A DNA stretch of 64,000 bases from Felis catus (GCF_018350175.1 NC_058368.1:19842001-19906000), one strand, 5' to 3'; counted from the stretch's first letter, positions 39,284-52,967 are shown. Numbers and translations are program-made. The notes: generated by a model from the sequence alone, not told the origin.

Positions 39284-41881
39284 ATCAGGGAATACTATGA
39301 AAAATTATATGCCAACAAATTGGACAACCTGGAAGAAATGGACAAATTCCTGAACACCCACACTCTTCCAAAACTCAACCAGGAGGAAATAGAAAGCTTG
39401 AACAGACCCATAACCAGCGAAGAAATTGAATCGGTTATCAAAAATCTCCCAACAAATAAGAGTCCAGGACCAGATGGCTTCCCAGGGGAGTTCTACCAGA
39501 CGTTTAAAGCAGAGATAATACCTATCCTTCTCAAGCTATTCCAAGAAATAGAAAGGGAAGGAAAACTTCCAGACTCATTCTATGAAGCCAGTATTACTTT
39601 GATTCCTAAACCAGACAGAGACCCAGTAAAAAAAGAGAACTACAGGCCAATATCCCTGATGAATATGGATGCAAAAATTCTCAATAAGATACTAGCAAAT
39701 CGAATTCAACGGCATATAAAAAGAATTATTCACCATGATCAAGTGGGATTCATTCCTGGGATGCAGGGCTGGTTCAACATTCGCAAATCAATCAACGTGA
39801 TACATCACATTAACAAAAAAAAAGAGAAGAACCATATGATCCTGTCAATCGATGCAGAAAAGGCCTTTGACAAAATCCAGCACCCTTTCTTAATAAAAGC
39901 CCTTGAGAAAGTCGGGATAGAAGGAACATACTTAAAGATCATAAAAGCCATTTATGAAAAGCCCACAGCTAACATCATCCTCAACGGGGAAAAACTGAGA
40001 GCTTTTTCCCTGAGATCAGGAACACGACAAGGATGCCCACTCTCACCGCTGCTGTTTAACATAGTGCTGGAAGTTCTAGCATCAGCAATCAGACAACAAA
40101 AGGAAATCAAAGGCATCAAAATTGGCAAAGATGAAGTCAAGCTTTCGCTTTTTGCAGATGACATGATATTATACATGGAAAATCCGATAGACTCCACCAA
40201 AAGTCTACTAGAACTGATACAGGAATTCAGCAAAGTTGCAGGATACAAAATCAATGTACAGAAATCAGTTGCATTCTTATACACTAACAATGAAGCAACA
40301 GAAAGACAAATAAAGAAACTGATCCCATTCACAATTGCACCAAGAAGCATAAAATACCTAGGAATAAATCTAACCAAAGATGTAAAGGATCTGTATGCTG
40401 AAAACTATAGAAAGCTTATGAAGGAAATTGAAGAAGATTTAAAGAAATGGAAAGACATTCCCTGCTCATGGATTGGAAAAATAAATATTGTCAAAATGTC
40501 AATACTACCCAAAGCTATCTACACATTCAACGCAATCCCAATCAAAATTGCACCAGCATTCTTCTCGAAACTAGAACAAGCAATCCTAAAATTCATATGG
40601 AACCACAAAAGGCCCCGAATAGCCAAAGGAATTTTGAAGAAGAAGACCAAAGCAGGAGGCATCACAATCCCAGACTTTAGCCTCTACTACAAAGCTGTCA
40701 TCATCAAGACAGCATGGTACTGGCACAAAAACAGACACATAGACCAATGGAATAGAATAGAAACCCCAGAACTAGACCCACAAACGTATGGCCAACTCAT
40801 CTTTGACAAAGCAGGAAAGAACATCCAATGGAAAAAAGACAGCCTCTTTAACAAATGGTGCTGGGAGAACTGGACAGCAACATGCAGAAGGTTGAAACTA
40901 GACCACTTTCTCACACCATTCACAAAAATAAACTCAAAATGGATAAAGGACCTAAATGTGAGACAGGAAACCATCAAAACCTTAGAGGAGAAAGCAGGAA
41001 AAGACCTCTCTGACCTCAGCCGTAGCAATCTCTTACTCGACACATTCCCAAAGGCAAGGGAATTAAAAGCAAAAGTGAATTACTGGGACCTTATGAAGAT
41101 AAAAAGCTTCTGCACAGCAAAGGAAACAACCAACAAAACTAAAAGGCAACCAACGGAATGGGAAAAGATATTCGCAAATGACATATCGGACAAAGGGCTA
41201 GTATCCAAAATCTATAAAGAGCTCACCAAACTCCACACCCGAAAAACAAATAACCTAGTGAAGAAATGGGCAGAAAACATGAATAGACACTTCTCTAAAG
41301 AAGACATCCGGATGGCCAACAGGCACATGAAAAGATGTTCAGCGTCGCTCCTTATCAGGGAAATACAAATCAAAACCACACTCAGGTATCACCTCACGCC
41401 AGTCAGAGTGGCCAAAATGAACAAATCAGGAGACTATAGATGCTGGAGAGGATGTGGAGAGACGGGAACCCTCTTGCACTGTTGGTGGGAATGCAAATTG
41501 GTGCAGCCGCTCTGGAAAGCAGTGTGGAGGTTCCTCAGAAAATTAAAAATAGACCTACCCTATGACCCAGCAATAGCACTACTAGGAATTTATCCAAGGG
41601 ATACAGGAGTACTGATGCATAGGGCCACTTGTACCCCAATGTTCATAGCAGCACTCTCAACAATAGCCAAATTATGGAAAGAGCCTAAATGTCCATCAAC
41701 TGATGAATGGATAAAGAAATTGTGGTTTATATACACAATGGAGTACTACGTGGCAATGAGAAAAAATGAAATATGGCCTTTTGTAGCAACGTGGATGGAA
41801 CTGGAGAGTGTGATGCTAAGTGAAATAAGTCATACAGAGAAAGACAGATACCATATGGTTTCACTCTTATGTGGACCCTGA
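39284..41881 (+). pseudogene. L1 ORF2p fragment (reverse transcriptase and C-terminal Cys-rich domain; no endonuclease domain, no native start)
   Basis: ORF track 39320-41881 (853 aa, called from a TTG) contains the L1 RT motifs RQGCPLSP and LFADDM and the C-terminal CWRGCGE...HCWWEC motif. No stops or frameshifts. Confidence 0.93.
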
Positions 41882-42114
41882 GAAATTAATGGGAACCCAT
41901 GGGGGAGGGGAAGGAAAAAAAAAAAACAGGTTAGAGTGGGAGAGAGCCAAAGCATGGGAGACTCTTAAAAACTGAGAACAAACTGAGGGTTGATGGGGGG
42001 TGGGAGGGAGGAGAGGGTGGGTGATGGGTATTGAGGAGGGCACCTTTTGGGATGAGCACTGGGTGTTGTATGGAAACCAATTTGTCAATAAATTTCATAT
42101 TAAAAAAAGAAAAG
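39284..42114 (+). mobile_element. Young 5'-truncated felid/carnivore LINE-1 (~2.8 kb): ORF2 3' part, 3'UTR and A tail
   Basis: The frame is open from 39284 ([15 protein letters not shown]...) to the stop at 41881, followed by a G-rich 3'UTR, AATAAA and an A-rich tail. It is flanked by a 10-bp direct repeat AATAATTTTT (39274-39283, 42115-42124). Confidence 0.97.
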
Positions 42115-42551
42115 AATAATTTTTTTTAAAAAAGGAAAAAAAAAAAGAAAAATGAACAGAGTAAGTGGATTGAAAAAAACAACTGAAAATGAAACATATA
42201 ACATTACTGAAATAAAATTGCAATGGACAAATGGAACAGATTAGATACAATAGAAGAGAGGATTTATAAACTAAAAGACAAATGAAAAACACTCTACAGG
42301 ACAATCCACACAAAGACCAAGATATGGAAAATATTACAAGTTTAAAAACATGAAAGGCATTGTAAAAAAGACTAGAATGAGAAGATCTAAGATATGTATA
42401 ACTGGAAGGAACAACATAGAGAATGGAGAAAGAGGCAACAGTTGAGAAATAATGGCTCCGTCTCTGACAGACACTTTGAAATATGTCAACTCTAAGATGA
42501 AGATAATCAATGGCAGGAGATTAGCCCGGGTCAGATCAAAATTATCATTTT

Positions 42552-42765
42552 GGGGCACCTGGGTGGCTCAGTCAGTTAAGCATCCGACTTCAGCTCAGGT
42601 CATGATTTCCCAGTTCATGGGCTGGAGCCCCGTGTCAGGCTCTGTGCTGACAGCTCAGAGCCTGGAGCCTGCTTCAGGTTCTGTGTCTCCTTTTCTCTCT
42701 GCCCCTCCCCCCCTCATGTTCTGTCTCACTGTCTCTCAGGGATAAATAAACATTAAAAAAAAAAA
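42552..42765 (+). mobile_element. Can-SINE
   Basis: Full body with TSD (a/g)TTATCATTTT. Confidence 0.93.
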
Positions 42766-43531
42766 GTTATCATTTTCTTTCCTAGATAACTGACCAGCCT
42801 ACAACTGTAACTCAGCTAGGCTCCCTCTTCCCCTGATGTCTTAGAACTTCGGACAAAGAAAGTATTCTCTAAGTATGAATGTGGGCCTTGTTAGAGAAAA
42901 TAGGAATCCAGTCATGCATCACTAGATCTTAACCACTTTTCTTTGCTGTCCATGTTCTCGTAAGAAACATGCCATACACATTTTTCAACATCACCTCTTC
43001 TAATTCAGTGGTGACTGGAAATGCTCCATGAAGACTATGGACCCAAGTTAGGCAAGACGTGATTTGGGAAATAACTTCCACTAATGAAATTAAAGAAAGT
43101 AGGGCAGAAAATATAAAGTTCATCCATTTTCCTGCCCTACTCTATTTCTCTTTATCCCTCACAAAACACCCTAAGGTGAGTAAGGCAAAGATACCATCAT
43201 TCCTAGTGATGTCTGAAGGTGCTAGGAGTCTAGAGGAATTAAACAGTTTGATCAAAGTTCCACAGGAAGATGATGGGAAAAGTCACATCAAAAGCCTACT
43301 GTCTTAAGTACATCGTATGAACCTTATTTGGATTGTGGTCGGAATAAATCAACCATTAAAAATATATGTTCAAATTAGGGAAATTTGAACATGTTAAATG
43401 ATATTAAGAAATCATAGTTTATTTAGTTCTGCATAATAGCAGCACTGTGGAATGTGGAACGAGCTAACACTTATACTATTAACAGGTAAAGTGATATAGT
43501 AATCTATAATTCATTGAAATTGAATCCCAGA

Positions 43532-43654
43532 GGGGCGCCTGGCTGGCTCAGTAGGTAGAGTATGTGACTCTTGATCTCAGGGTGGTGAGTTCAAGCCCCA
43601 CATTGGACATGGAGCCTACTTAAAAAATAAAAAATAGAAATAAAAAAAATAAAG
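43532..43654 (+). mobile_element. Short Can-SINE within an old L1 3'-end fragment (~43310-43800)
   Basis: tRNA-like head and A tail. TSD TGAATCCCAGA (43521-43531, 43655-43665). Confidence 0.88.
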
Positions 43655-46253
43655 TGAATCCCAGAACCCCTACCCAACAAAGCGTGGAGTGGAGAGATCC
43701 ATGAAACAAGATTGGCAAAAGGTTGGTCACTGAAGCTGGATAACGGGTACATCATTATTTTCATGTGTTGTATATGTCAGAAATGGTCTGCAATTAATTA
43801 TTTTTTAAAATCTTGAGGTCTTGACTCATAACAACTGTATATATAACTGCATGTAACAGAAAGGGATAGCCTCCTTTGTAGAGAGAAATCATGAATAGAG
43901 AAACAGTAGTGGATACAAAATCAAGTAGCACTAAACAGTTTTGTCATCCAGATGGCAATCTGAATTGGTTTAACATCCTTTGTTGGTATTAATAAATAGT
44001 TCACAAATGAAACACTTTTTATTTCTAGAGAATGGATAACAATTTCTGGGTCTCTAAAATGAATGAACAACCTAGAAAAAGCCCTGCTTTAAAAGATGTT
44101 AACAGCTGAGGCAAATTATCTAGCATATATGTCCAAAAGAAATTGCTACAAACTATCAGAATTATCCCACTAGAAAATTTTTAAAGCTCTCAACACATAA
44201 TATTCATGTTAAATATTCTCAACACATAAATTACAGTAGCATATGTAAATGGTAAAGGAGACAATAGCATATGGGTTGCTTTGAAGTTAGCAGAGTGGAC
44301 GAAAATGTCTATCTTCCAGTGCTTAAATATATTTCATTAGGAGATTAAATTCTCCTTACTACTGGAAAACACTAAATGGCATAAAAGTATTCAGATTCCA
44401 TATTAAATAACCTACATTATTTTGAACATCCATCTGCTCTCCTTTATGACAAAAGAGACAAGTATTGAGATTCTAGATGGAATCATAAAAGCCCTTACAT
44501 TCTAGCCTATTTTATAAAGTAACTAAGACTAATCGTATTTCTCTCAAATTTTAAATGTATCGGACATGCTTTGTAGTAACACAAAAGAGATATAAAATGG
44601 GAAAATCAAAAAGACAATGACACTACATCTTTACTCTGCCAGATCAAATAAACAGAACAGTAGCCCTCTACAATTTTGCTTGATATAAAGTGATGATTTA
44701 GCATGAATGGTTGAAAAATCTGTTACCTTGAAAAACCATAATAGACAGATACCCTCTCCTCCTATAATCAACCTTTCTTCCTGTGGGTTTTTGAGATACA
44801 TAATGTATACTCATGAATGTTAATAAATCCCATAAATCAAAATCACATTAACTTCCCTTCCATATCGAACCTTCTCCATAAGCACCCATAGAATTTCCTT
44901 GATGTATCAAAGTACATGCTGTAAAACAATGTAGATGAACCTACAACAACAAAATTTCTTTATGTGTTGAAGAAAAGTCTATTACTAGAAATAATTCACT
45001 CTCTCTTGACCTCACTTGGAAAACATGCTTAAATTTAAGCCACACCAACGGTAAAGCTTACACGCACACCCATTAAATGCACAGAGCAGCCAGAGAAACA
45101 GAACCTTCTGTTTATTGGTCAACCCTCATTTATATTTTTGTGGGAGAAGTCAAGTAAAAGTAATAGTAGAAACTAAATTATTTTCTAAAATTCTTTTCAG
45201 GAATTCATTAACTTCCAGAAAGATTCCAAAATTCCTACAAATCTTGAGCTAAGGCTGACGAACCACAGAGCCCCTCCACCAGAAGCCATTCTGTAAAGCA
45301 AGCATGATATGTACATTATTGCTCTACATAATATGCAGCAGTATTGAGTTAATCCCTGCAAAAATAAACGTCCAAAAAGCTTAGCAGTACCCAATATTTC
45401 TACTAGCCAGCATTCTCCCAAGAAGTTACATACGTAATAAAATGAATGAAATCAGCATTTTCTGACTCACACAGAGTAGCTTTTCATGAATGGGTACTTA
45501 AGTGTGAAGACGGATTAACTCTGATCTCATTTTAATGAGTTTCTCTTTGTCTTTGAGGGACTACTCCACACAGATGCTCAATCACTCCACTCCATAGTCA
45601 TTTCAATCCATCCATTTAAGAGGTTTGAGAATGGTGCTGACCCGTACTTCTGTGGGCATACTAAATGCACCAAAATGTAAAGTCAGACAATAATTTAAAT
45701 AACATAAAGTCACCTCTTCTGTCCACTAGATTGCTAATTCCTGTCCAGGACGCCTCTGTGATGTAAATGAAATCTGTCCTGGCTCTGCTATCACATTGCC
45801 TTTGTTACACTCCCACTGACACTCACAAGAGCCTCCTATCTGGTCTCCTGCCTCCTATTCCACTCTTCTCTGATCCCTTCACCTCGCCACTCAGGTACTT
45901 CCTAAAATGCAAATTCAACTATGGCTCACCTTTAGAGATGTTCAACCTTTGTGTGGTCTACCAGGTCCTCCACAATCTGACCCATGTGCGCTCCTCTGAC
46001 CCCAGCTGCCCGATATTCTACCCAACTACTCTTAGTTCTCTAACTCAGTAATGACCAAACTTGCTTGGAGAAAAACTAAAACTGAAAGGCTGCCATAGGG
46101 TTAAACATAGGGTTGCCAGCTTTTTATTGCGCCAAAGAAAAAAAAAAATCTCAAACAAACAAACAAACAAAAGAACCCTACAATTTGTTGGCACTTTCAT
46201 TTTACAAAAAGTTAAGAAGGACATGATCTTAGAATTCTAAAATCTGAATTATA

Positions 46254-46456
46254 GGGGTGCTGGGTGGCTCGGTCAGTTAAGCGTCTGACTTCGGCTCAGG
46301 TCATGATCTCACAGCTCGGTGGGCTTAAGTCCCATGTTGGGCTCTGTGCTGACAGCTCAGAGCCTGGAGCCTGCTTCGGATTCTGTGTCTCCCTCTCTCT
46401 CTCCCCCTCCCCTGCTCATGCCCTGTCTCTCTCTGTCTCTCAAAAATGAATAAACA

Positions 46457-46496
<40 letters not shown>
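46254..46496 (+). mobile_element. Can-SINE with (TAAA)n tail
   Basis: SINE head, (CT)n tract and a (TAAA)n microsatellite tail. Confidence 0.92.
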
Positions 46497-46779
46497 CTCA
46501 CTCACTCATATTGTCCTTTTTTCTTTTTATTTCACCACACACTGGTGAAAATTCTTGCACCAACTTCTTCAGCAAAAGCCATGCCCTCGCTCATCATACC
46601 CTTATGCCCCCTGCACGCGCTGACTCTCTGATGAAGCATCTGTTTCTACCCCATCCTCCTTTTTCACTTGCATAACTAGTATTCGTCCTACAACACTCAC
46701 CTTATAGGGCAGTCCTTTTCCAATTTTAGCACTCATAAGAATAACCTGGGGATTGTGTAAGATGCAGATTCGGATTACA

Positions 46780-47060
46780 AAAATTCTGTCCTATGGTCCC
46801 TTCCAGAAGCGTTGCGGTTTGGGGTTTTACATCGAAGTCTATGATCTATTTTGTGTTCGTTTTATATACGTATAAGGCATGGGCCAAAGTTCATTTTTTT
46901 AATATATGCATGCCCAATGGTTCCAGCATCATTTGTTGAAAAAATAGTCCTTTCTCCACCGAATTTGTCAAAAATCAATTGAACGTGTATATGTGTCAGT
47001 CTCTTTGCGGGCTCTGCTCTGTTCCACTGATCTATTTGTTTAGGCCAAGCTATCACACAT
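46780..47060 (-). mobile_element. L1 ORF2 fragment
   Basis: Minus-strand translation includes IDQWNR...QLIFDK, a recognisable piece of L1 ORF2. Confidence 0.75.
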
Positions 47061-47934
47061 GTATCTTGAAGGCTCAAGATACAAAGAGCCTTGTGTGCAA
47101 ATGAGAAAGGACCTGGAATGTACCAGACCTCCCTGATGTTTGCCTATGTTTTCTTTCTCCTGTTGTACTGTATCCAATGTCTTTACCAAAGCCTAAAGTA
47201 AGTATACTTTGTGAAATCTTGTTGAGTCCTTTCAATCAATTGGCCCTGGGTAACTGGTGCAATGATTTTGCTTTCTGTGATTAAAAAGAGAACACAAGGC
47301 CAAAGAACTGGCTGTTTTCCATCTTGCCTAAGTGGGTCAAGGTCAATTCTCTCTTTGTCCTCTCTGCTAGGAATGGCACTTCCCAAGTTATACTCATCAT
47401 GGCCTTTAGGTCTGCTTTGATTGTAACTAGTTAACCATGGCCAAGATAACGAAGATGATTGCAAAATGGAAGATTTTTCAGTCTAAGGCATGTTTACAAA
47501 CCGGAGTCCGTGAGCCTAAGAGTACACACAGGAATGTGAGCCACAGAAGGCAGATGAAGCTAACACAGCAATCTGAAAATGAGCACAACCCAGCAAAAGC
47601 TGAAACCTTTTAGGAAATATCACCAACCGCTCAACGGATAGTTGCTGGGCTTCCTGGTACATAAAGGAAGACACAGGTGGACCCCCAGCACATTGTAAAG
47701 ATCGAAAAACTTCTGGTGGACATCCCTTCCATTAAGAGTCAAGCTAGATTAAAGCATACGCAGACACCCCCAGAGTCTGAGAAGTTACACTCCGGCACTG
47801 CCCAGACATGCAGGCACCGAACAGGAATGGAGAGTGGTGGTGTGGGTAGCGAAGAAAAGCCTCCCTCGCTCCTACGGGCTGAGAAAGTGAGGTAGCGGGG
47901 ATAGCAGCAGCAGCAGAAGGAATGATAACAACGG

Positions 47935-48180
47935 TCAGGGACAGAATGTTCGTGTCCCTCTCAAAATTCGTATGTTGAAATCCTAACCCCCAGTGCGACG
48001 GTGTTAGGAGGTGGGGCCTCTGGGAGGTAATGAGCTCATGGAGGCAGCGCCCTCATGAATGGGATTAGTGCCCTTATAACAAGAGATGTCATCTCTCCGC
48101 CACGTGAGGATATGGTGAGAAGACAGCCATCTAGAAGCCAGAAGAAGGCTCTCACCCAGAGCCTCCAGGACTGTGAGGAA
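47935..48180 (+). mobile_element. MaLR LTR fragment (MLT1A/MST-like)
   Basis: caaaattcgtatgttgaaatcctaacccccag...gccctcatgaatgggattagtgcccttataa. Confidence 0.8.
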
Positions 48181-48728
48181 ACCGCCCAATTCACGATAAT
48201 CTGTTACTGCAACCCATGCTTACTAGGACGACACCAGAGTGAGGTTTCTTTATAGGAGACACATTGTGTTGTACTGGCTTTCCTTCATTTAATCCTCACA
48301 AAAGTTCTAGGAGGGAGATCCGGCTCTCGTGTCCATTTTAGAAGTGAGGAACTACAATGTGCTCACACTAATCTGCCTGTGGCCCCCACGCCAGTGAAAG
48401 GACGAACCAGGAGGTACTCGAGGCAGCCGGACTCTAACGCCTCGGTCTTACTCACCTCTATCTTATTTCCGAAGTTGTCTGAGCACTCTGAGAGAGGAAG
48501 AAAGCAGACTGTGAGGACAGAAGGAAAAATGCAGGAAGCTTACTGAAGTTGTCACTATTTAGATAACAGAAGACAGGAAGCAAAGAAAATGGCCTCCAAG
48601 CAGCTACAGCACCTTGTAAAGTGCTTCGGGTAGGTCTGGGTTTGATCGCTTCTAACGGCCCTAGAGGGACACGAGACAAACAACGTGCGGCTCTGTCATA
48701 TTCTCTCAGTTACACAGAGCTGCTATTC

Positions 48729-48976
48729 TTTTTTTTGTTTAAGTTTACTTATTTACTTTGAGAGACAGAGAGAGAGAGAGCGGGGGAGGGGGAGAGAGAG
48801 AGAGCAGGGGGAGGGGAAGGGTGAGAGAGAGAGACAGAGAGAGAGAGAATCCCAAGCAGGTTCCATGCTGTCAGTGTGGAGTCCAATATCGGGCTTGAGC
48901 CCATGAACCATGAGATCATGACCTGAGCCAAAACCAAGAGTCGGAAGCTTAACCGACTGAGCCACCGAGGTGCCCC
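48729..48976 (-). mobile_element. Can-SINE
   Basis: Perfect TSD ACAGAGCTGCTATTC (48714-48728, 48977-48991) and an expanded GA-rich segment. Confidence 0.94.
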
Positions 48977-49709
48977 ACAGAGCTGCTATTCCTACAGGCT
49001 GGCATGGAAAATAAAGGTCACTTCATAATTTCTCTCTCTTCTAATGTCGTTGAAAAGAATTAGGGCTTCCCTACAGGGCAGCTCTCCATATCTCCCTACC
49101 TTCTCCTCCAGCTCTATGTCTTGTCAGTGTGGACGAAATCCACTTAATCCAACCATAACACATCCAATCACTTTGATCAGTACACACAAAACGTTTTAGC
49201 CAACAAGTTCTCCTTGCTCTACTAAATTTATTCTTGGTACTGAATACCTGAGAAAAATCGGCCCCGGATTTCCAGTCTTCAGGTGGTAACAGGTGTTGTA
49301 AATTTGCAAAAGTTTAATTGACTCTAATCTGGTTTCATGATACTAAAACTGTTTACTAAAAGGCTGAAGTATTACTCCTCCTTCATTTTGAAAAACATTC
49401 ACGAAGTATGTATTACAAACCAGGGCTGGTACTAGAAATACAGAGTATAAATGGGGTCCCAGCCCTCGTTAGCCCACAGTCAGGTTTTTTATTCACTCTT
49501 TCTCAAAAACACACTTCCAGGGCTTTGCAAGACTACACTACTAGTTCTTGGTGTTGTTATTTACAGAATTAAAACTACATCTCTGCTTGAAAATCAGGGA
49601 GAAAGAAGATAATGAACAAGAGACTCTACAGTTTTTTGATCTCCAGTTTTGAAAGCTGGACTCGAAAATAAAAACATCTGTGTTACATACGGTAGGAGAT
49701 TTTGAGATA

Positions 49710-49960
49710 TAATAATAATGACTAACATTTAGTGAGCACTTACCCCAAGCAAAGTTCAGTTCTAGTTACCTTCTGAGAATTACTTGATTTAATCTTTACA
49801 CGGGTCCTATATAGATTGGCACTTTTACTATGTCCATTTTCAAGATGATGAAACTGAGGTACAGACAGGTAAAGTCATTTACTTAACATCTTAGGAATTA
49901 AAGGAGCCAGAATCCAAACCCTGCAGCAGCCTGTCTCCAAACTCCATGCTTTTGACAACT
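49710..49960 (-). mobile_element. MIR SINE
   Basis: aacatttagtgagcactt...ccattttcaagatgatgaaactgaggtacagacaggtaaag. Confidence 0.78.
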
Positions 49961-51969
49961 AACCCTGTCACTGAGGAAAGAAAGATTCAAATATCAGAAT
50001 TCTGTAGCAGGTTAAGCTGACTGACCATTGGAAAAAACATTTCTGGTCCCAGAAACAGACCCAAGTATACAGAAGAAAGATAAATTATACAATAACTTAT
50101 CTTATTGTATAATTAATTATTGGTTCCCAAAAAGTGGACCCTTACCTCACACCATTTATTAAAATAAATTTGTTGCTTTAAAGAATTACACGTGAGTACC
50201 TGGAACCAGGATGATACAAATGACTCCCTTTCCTCCTCGCTTTTTGTGAAAACGACCCAACTGACCCATAAAGAAAATTCTTCACCACCCACTGGGTGCT
50301 TAAGAGCCCCATCCACCGACCAGAACCCTTGAGGAGAGTCAGCAGAGGATGGTTTAGAAAAGCCCCCAGTGAGTGGAGAGCCCAATCAGCAGCCAGTCCC
50401 TGGGACATCATTGGCAAAAAACTGCTGCCATTCACCAGTTACTGCGAGCTGGGAGCCCTACGAAGTGCTTCAAGCTGTTAACAAATTTCAAGATTATTAT
50501 ACGCGCCAGTAAGCTGATGTTCAGAGCGTTCCACGAGATGCCCAATGTTGAACAGCTTATAAGAAGCAAAGCCAGGAGTGGAACACCATGGCTATCACAG
50601 ACTCAAGCCTAAACTCTGAAGCATTCACTGCACACAGAGGGCCCAAGTCCACCAGGGTCCCCTCTTCAGATCCTGCGGGCAGTTCCTGAATCAGAGCAGA
50701 GGCTGGACCAACGTGGGACAAAGAGCTGTGCTGGAGTTTCTGCCTGGATGCCAGGCCAGGCAGCTATTCAGGGGGAAGGGAAACTACTCCAGGCAGCTTA
50801 GAGCTGCCAACCGCAACACAAAAGGGAGACTGTTCCGCAACAAAAGGGGGACTCTGCCCTGCAGCTGTCTCCCACTGCCTACAGCTCCATCCCTACCCCA
50901 CACAGACTACTAGAACTCTAAGCTGCTGCTGAGAAAGTACAAGAAATCTAACTTTTCCCCTATTTTTGCCTATAATGAAAAGAACTCAACAAGGACCCAC
51001 ACAGTCTCTGACAGAGCGTATTTCAGTTACCGATATGGAACAAACCAGACCTCTCTCGGCAGATGGGACAACAGAGATGCCAGCAAAGTTGCCGGGAGAA
51101 CTCTGATATTTGAATCTGAATCATCAAGGCAACGGCAAGACACAAGACAAGTTTACAGATTTTAAAACTTACATTTGCAGTAAGATTCCAAAGAACAGCG
51201 GATCACTGACGGGAATTTACTAGGATGAAAGGTGAAAAGGAGCAATAGGAAATGGGACTTGAAGGGAAAAAGCAAAACTGCAGGCCTGAAAAACAAAAGC
51301 AGTGAAATGCAGACCGGCAATAGCAGAAGCAAAGGAGAGCCTGGCATCGATGTATTCAGTGAGACCTGCCAAAACTCACAGGAAGATCATGAAACACTGG
51401 AAGTTACCAGTGAAAGGAAAGCTCCAGAATAACAGGTCCAGAAGCTCAAATATGTGCATACCAGAAATGTTTGACAGAGAAAATGAAACGGGAGAGAAAT
51501 AATGATTTGTGTAAAGGAGAAATAATAATTAAGTAAAGAATGGGGGAAAAAAACAGAACTTAAAAATGAGTTTTTCAGACTGAAATTACTCACTCAGAGC
51601 TTGGCTCTGAATTCATCGTAAGAGATCCACGCATCCCCAAATTTCTGAATGTCGGCAGGGAACTATCCCATAGACAGACATCTGAACCTCCACCAAGATT
51701 TAGTAACAACAACAAAAAGGAACATGGATGAAATGGACATTGGGTCTCATCTGCCATACTAACTGTTAAAAGACAGCAGAGTAAGATGTACAGGACCCTG
51801 AAGGGAAAAGACTATGGCATAAGGCATCTAAATTGAGCTAAATTATCAATACTATAATCATCATGATAAGGCAGAAGAAATATGTAAGAATACATAAGAA
51901 ATATAAAAAATAAAAATATACACTATGTAAGAAAAATATACCGTCCATAAATCCTTTCTTGAAAAAAAA

Positions 51970-52163
51970 TTCTTTCTTTTTAAGTGTATTGATTTATTTC
52001 AGGAGGGGCAGAAGGGCAGAGAAAGAGAGAGAGAGAATCCCAAGCAGGCTCCACACCGTCAGCACAGAGCCCGACTTGGGGCTCAATCCCACCACCCCGG
52101 GATCAGGCCCTGAGCCGAAATCAAGAGCCTGACATTGAACTGACTGAGCCACCCAGGCACCCC
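51970..52163 (-). mobile_element. Can-SINE
   Basis: Reverse-strand SINE body ending ...acccaggcacccc. Confidence 0.9.
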
Positions 52164-52230
52164 AGGAAAAGAAAATCCTTCAGGAAGGGAGGACACACAA
52201 GCAATTGAAAAAATAAATTAAAGAACTCAA

Positions 52231-52435
52231 GGGGCACCTGGGTGGCTCAGTCAGTTAAGCATCCCACTCGGTCATGATCTCAGGTCATGATCTCCCCGTG
52301 CTTGAGTTCAAGGCCCACCTCAGGCTCTGCACTAACAGCACGGAGCCTGCTTGGGATTCTCTCTCCCTCTGTCTCTAGCCCTCCCCCACTTGCTCTCTCT
52401 TGTCTGTCTCGCAAAATAAATAAACTTACAAAAAA
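52231..52435 (+). mobile_element. Can-SINE
   Basis: GGGGCACCTGGGTGGCTCAG head, internal duplication of GGTCATGATCTC and an A-rich tail. Confidence 0.9.
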
Positions 52436-52763
52436 TTTTTTCTAAATAAACAACTCAAGAAAGTAGAACATATACAGCAGCACAGACATATAGAAGTATA
52501 AAAGAAATAGCAGTGAACAGTACAGCTAAGAAAACAATGCTAATGGTGTTGAAATTATGATAGGAATGTTCAGCAAGGATGCTTAAAGGGACAAAACGTA
52601 AAAAAAAAAAAAATAGGAACAAACATTTCTAACTGTTTCAACAAAATTTAGGCGTAAGAGGAAGCAAGGAAGGAAGGAAGGAAGGAAACAATGTGCTGAA
52701 GCATTCATGGTTTATGGGAACTGCACAGATACTGTTCCAATGTTAAATAAGTTCACATTTTAA

Positions 52764-52967
52764 CGTTTATTTATTTTTTGGGGGACAGAGAGAGACAGAG
52801 CATGAACGGGGGAGGGGCAGAGAGAGAGGGAGACACAGAATCGGAAACAGGCTCCAGGCTCTGAGCCATCAGCCCAGAGCCCGACGCGGGGCTCGAACTC
52901 CCGGACCGCGAGATCGTGACCTGGCTGAAGTCGGACGCTTAACCGACTGCGCCACCCAGGCGCCCCC
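52764..52967 (-). mobile_element. Young SINEC_Fc-type Can-SINE
   Basis: Near-consensus and CpG-rich. Direct repeat TAAGTTCACATTTTAA (52748-52763, 52968-52983). Confidence 0.95.

Larger units (their letters stand above)
38900..42500 (+). mobile_element. Ancient L1 (ORF1-like, A-rich) fragment hosting the SINE+L1 composite (38900-39078 and 42149-42500)
   Basis: Degenerate L1 ORF1-like sequence continues across the outer TSD (e.g. acattactgaaataaaa...agattagatacaatagaagagagga). Confidence 0.65.

Noticed and set aside
39320..41881. 853-aa ORF as a host gene, domesticated RT or novel RT-based system
   Set aside because: It is standard L1 ORF2 followed by an L1 3'UTR, A tail and TSD. It is 5'-truncated, has no endonuclease, and the called start is an internal TTG. 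An intact frame is explained by young age.
39082..42114. SINE-L1 chimeric retrogene formed by template switching
   Set aside because: A separate inner TSD (AATAATTTTT) and a leftover SINE tail after the L1 favour two sequential insertions.
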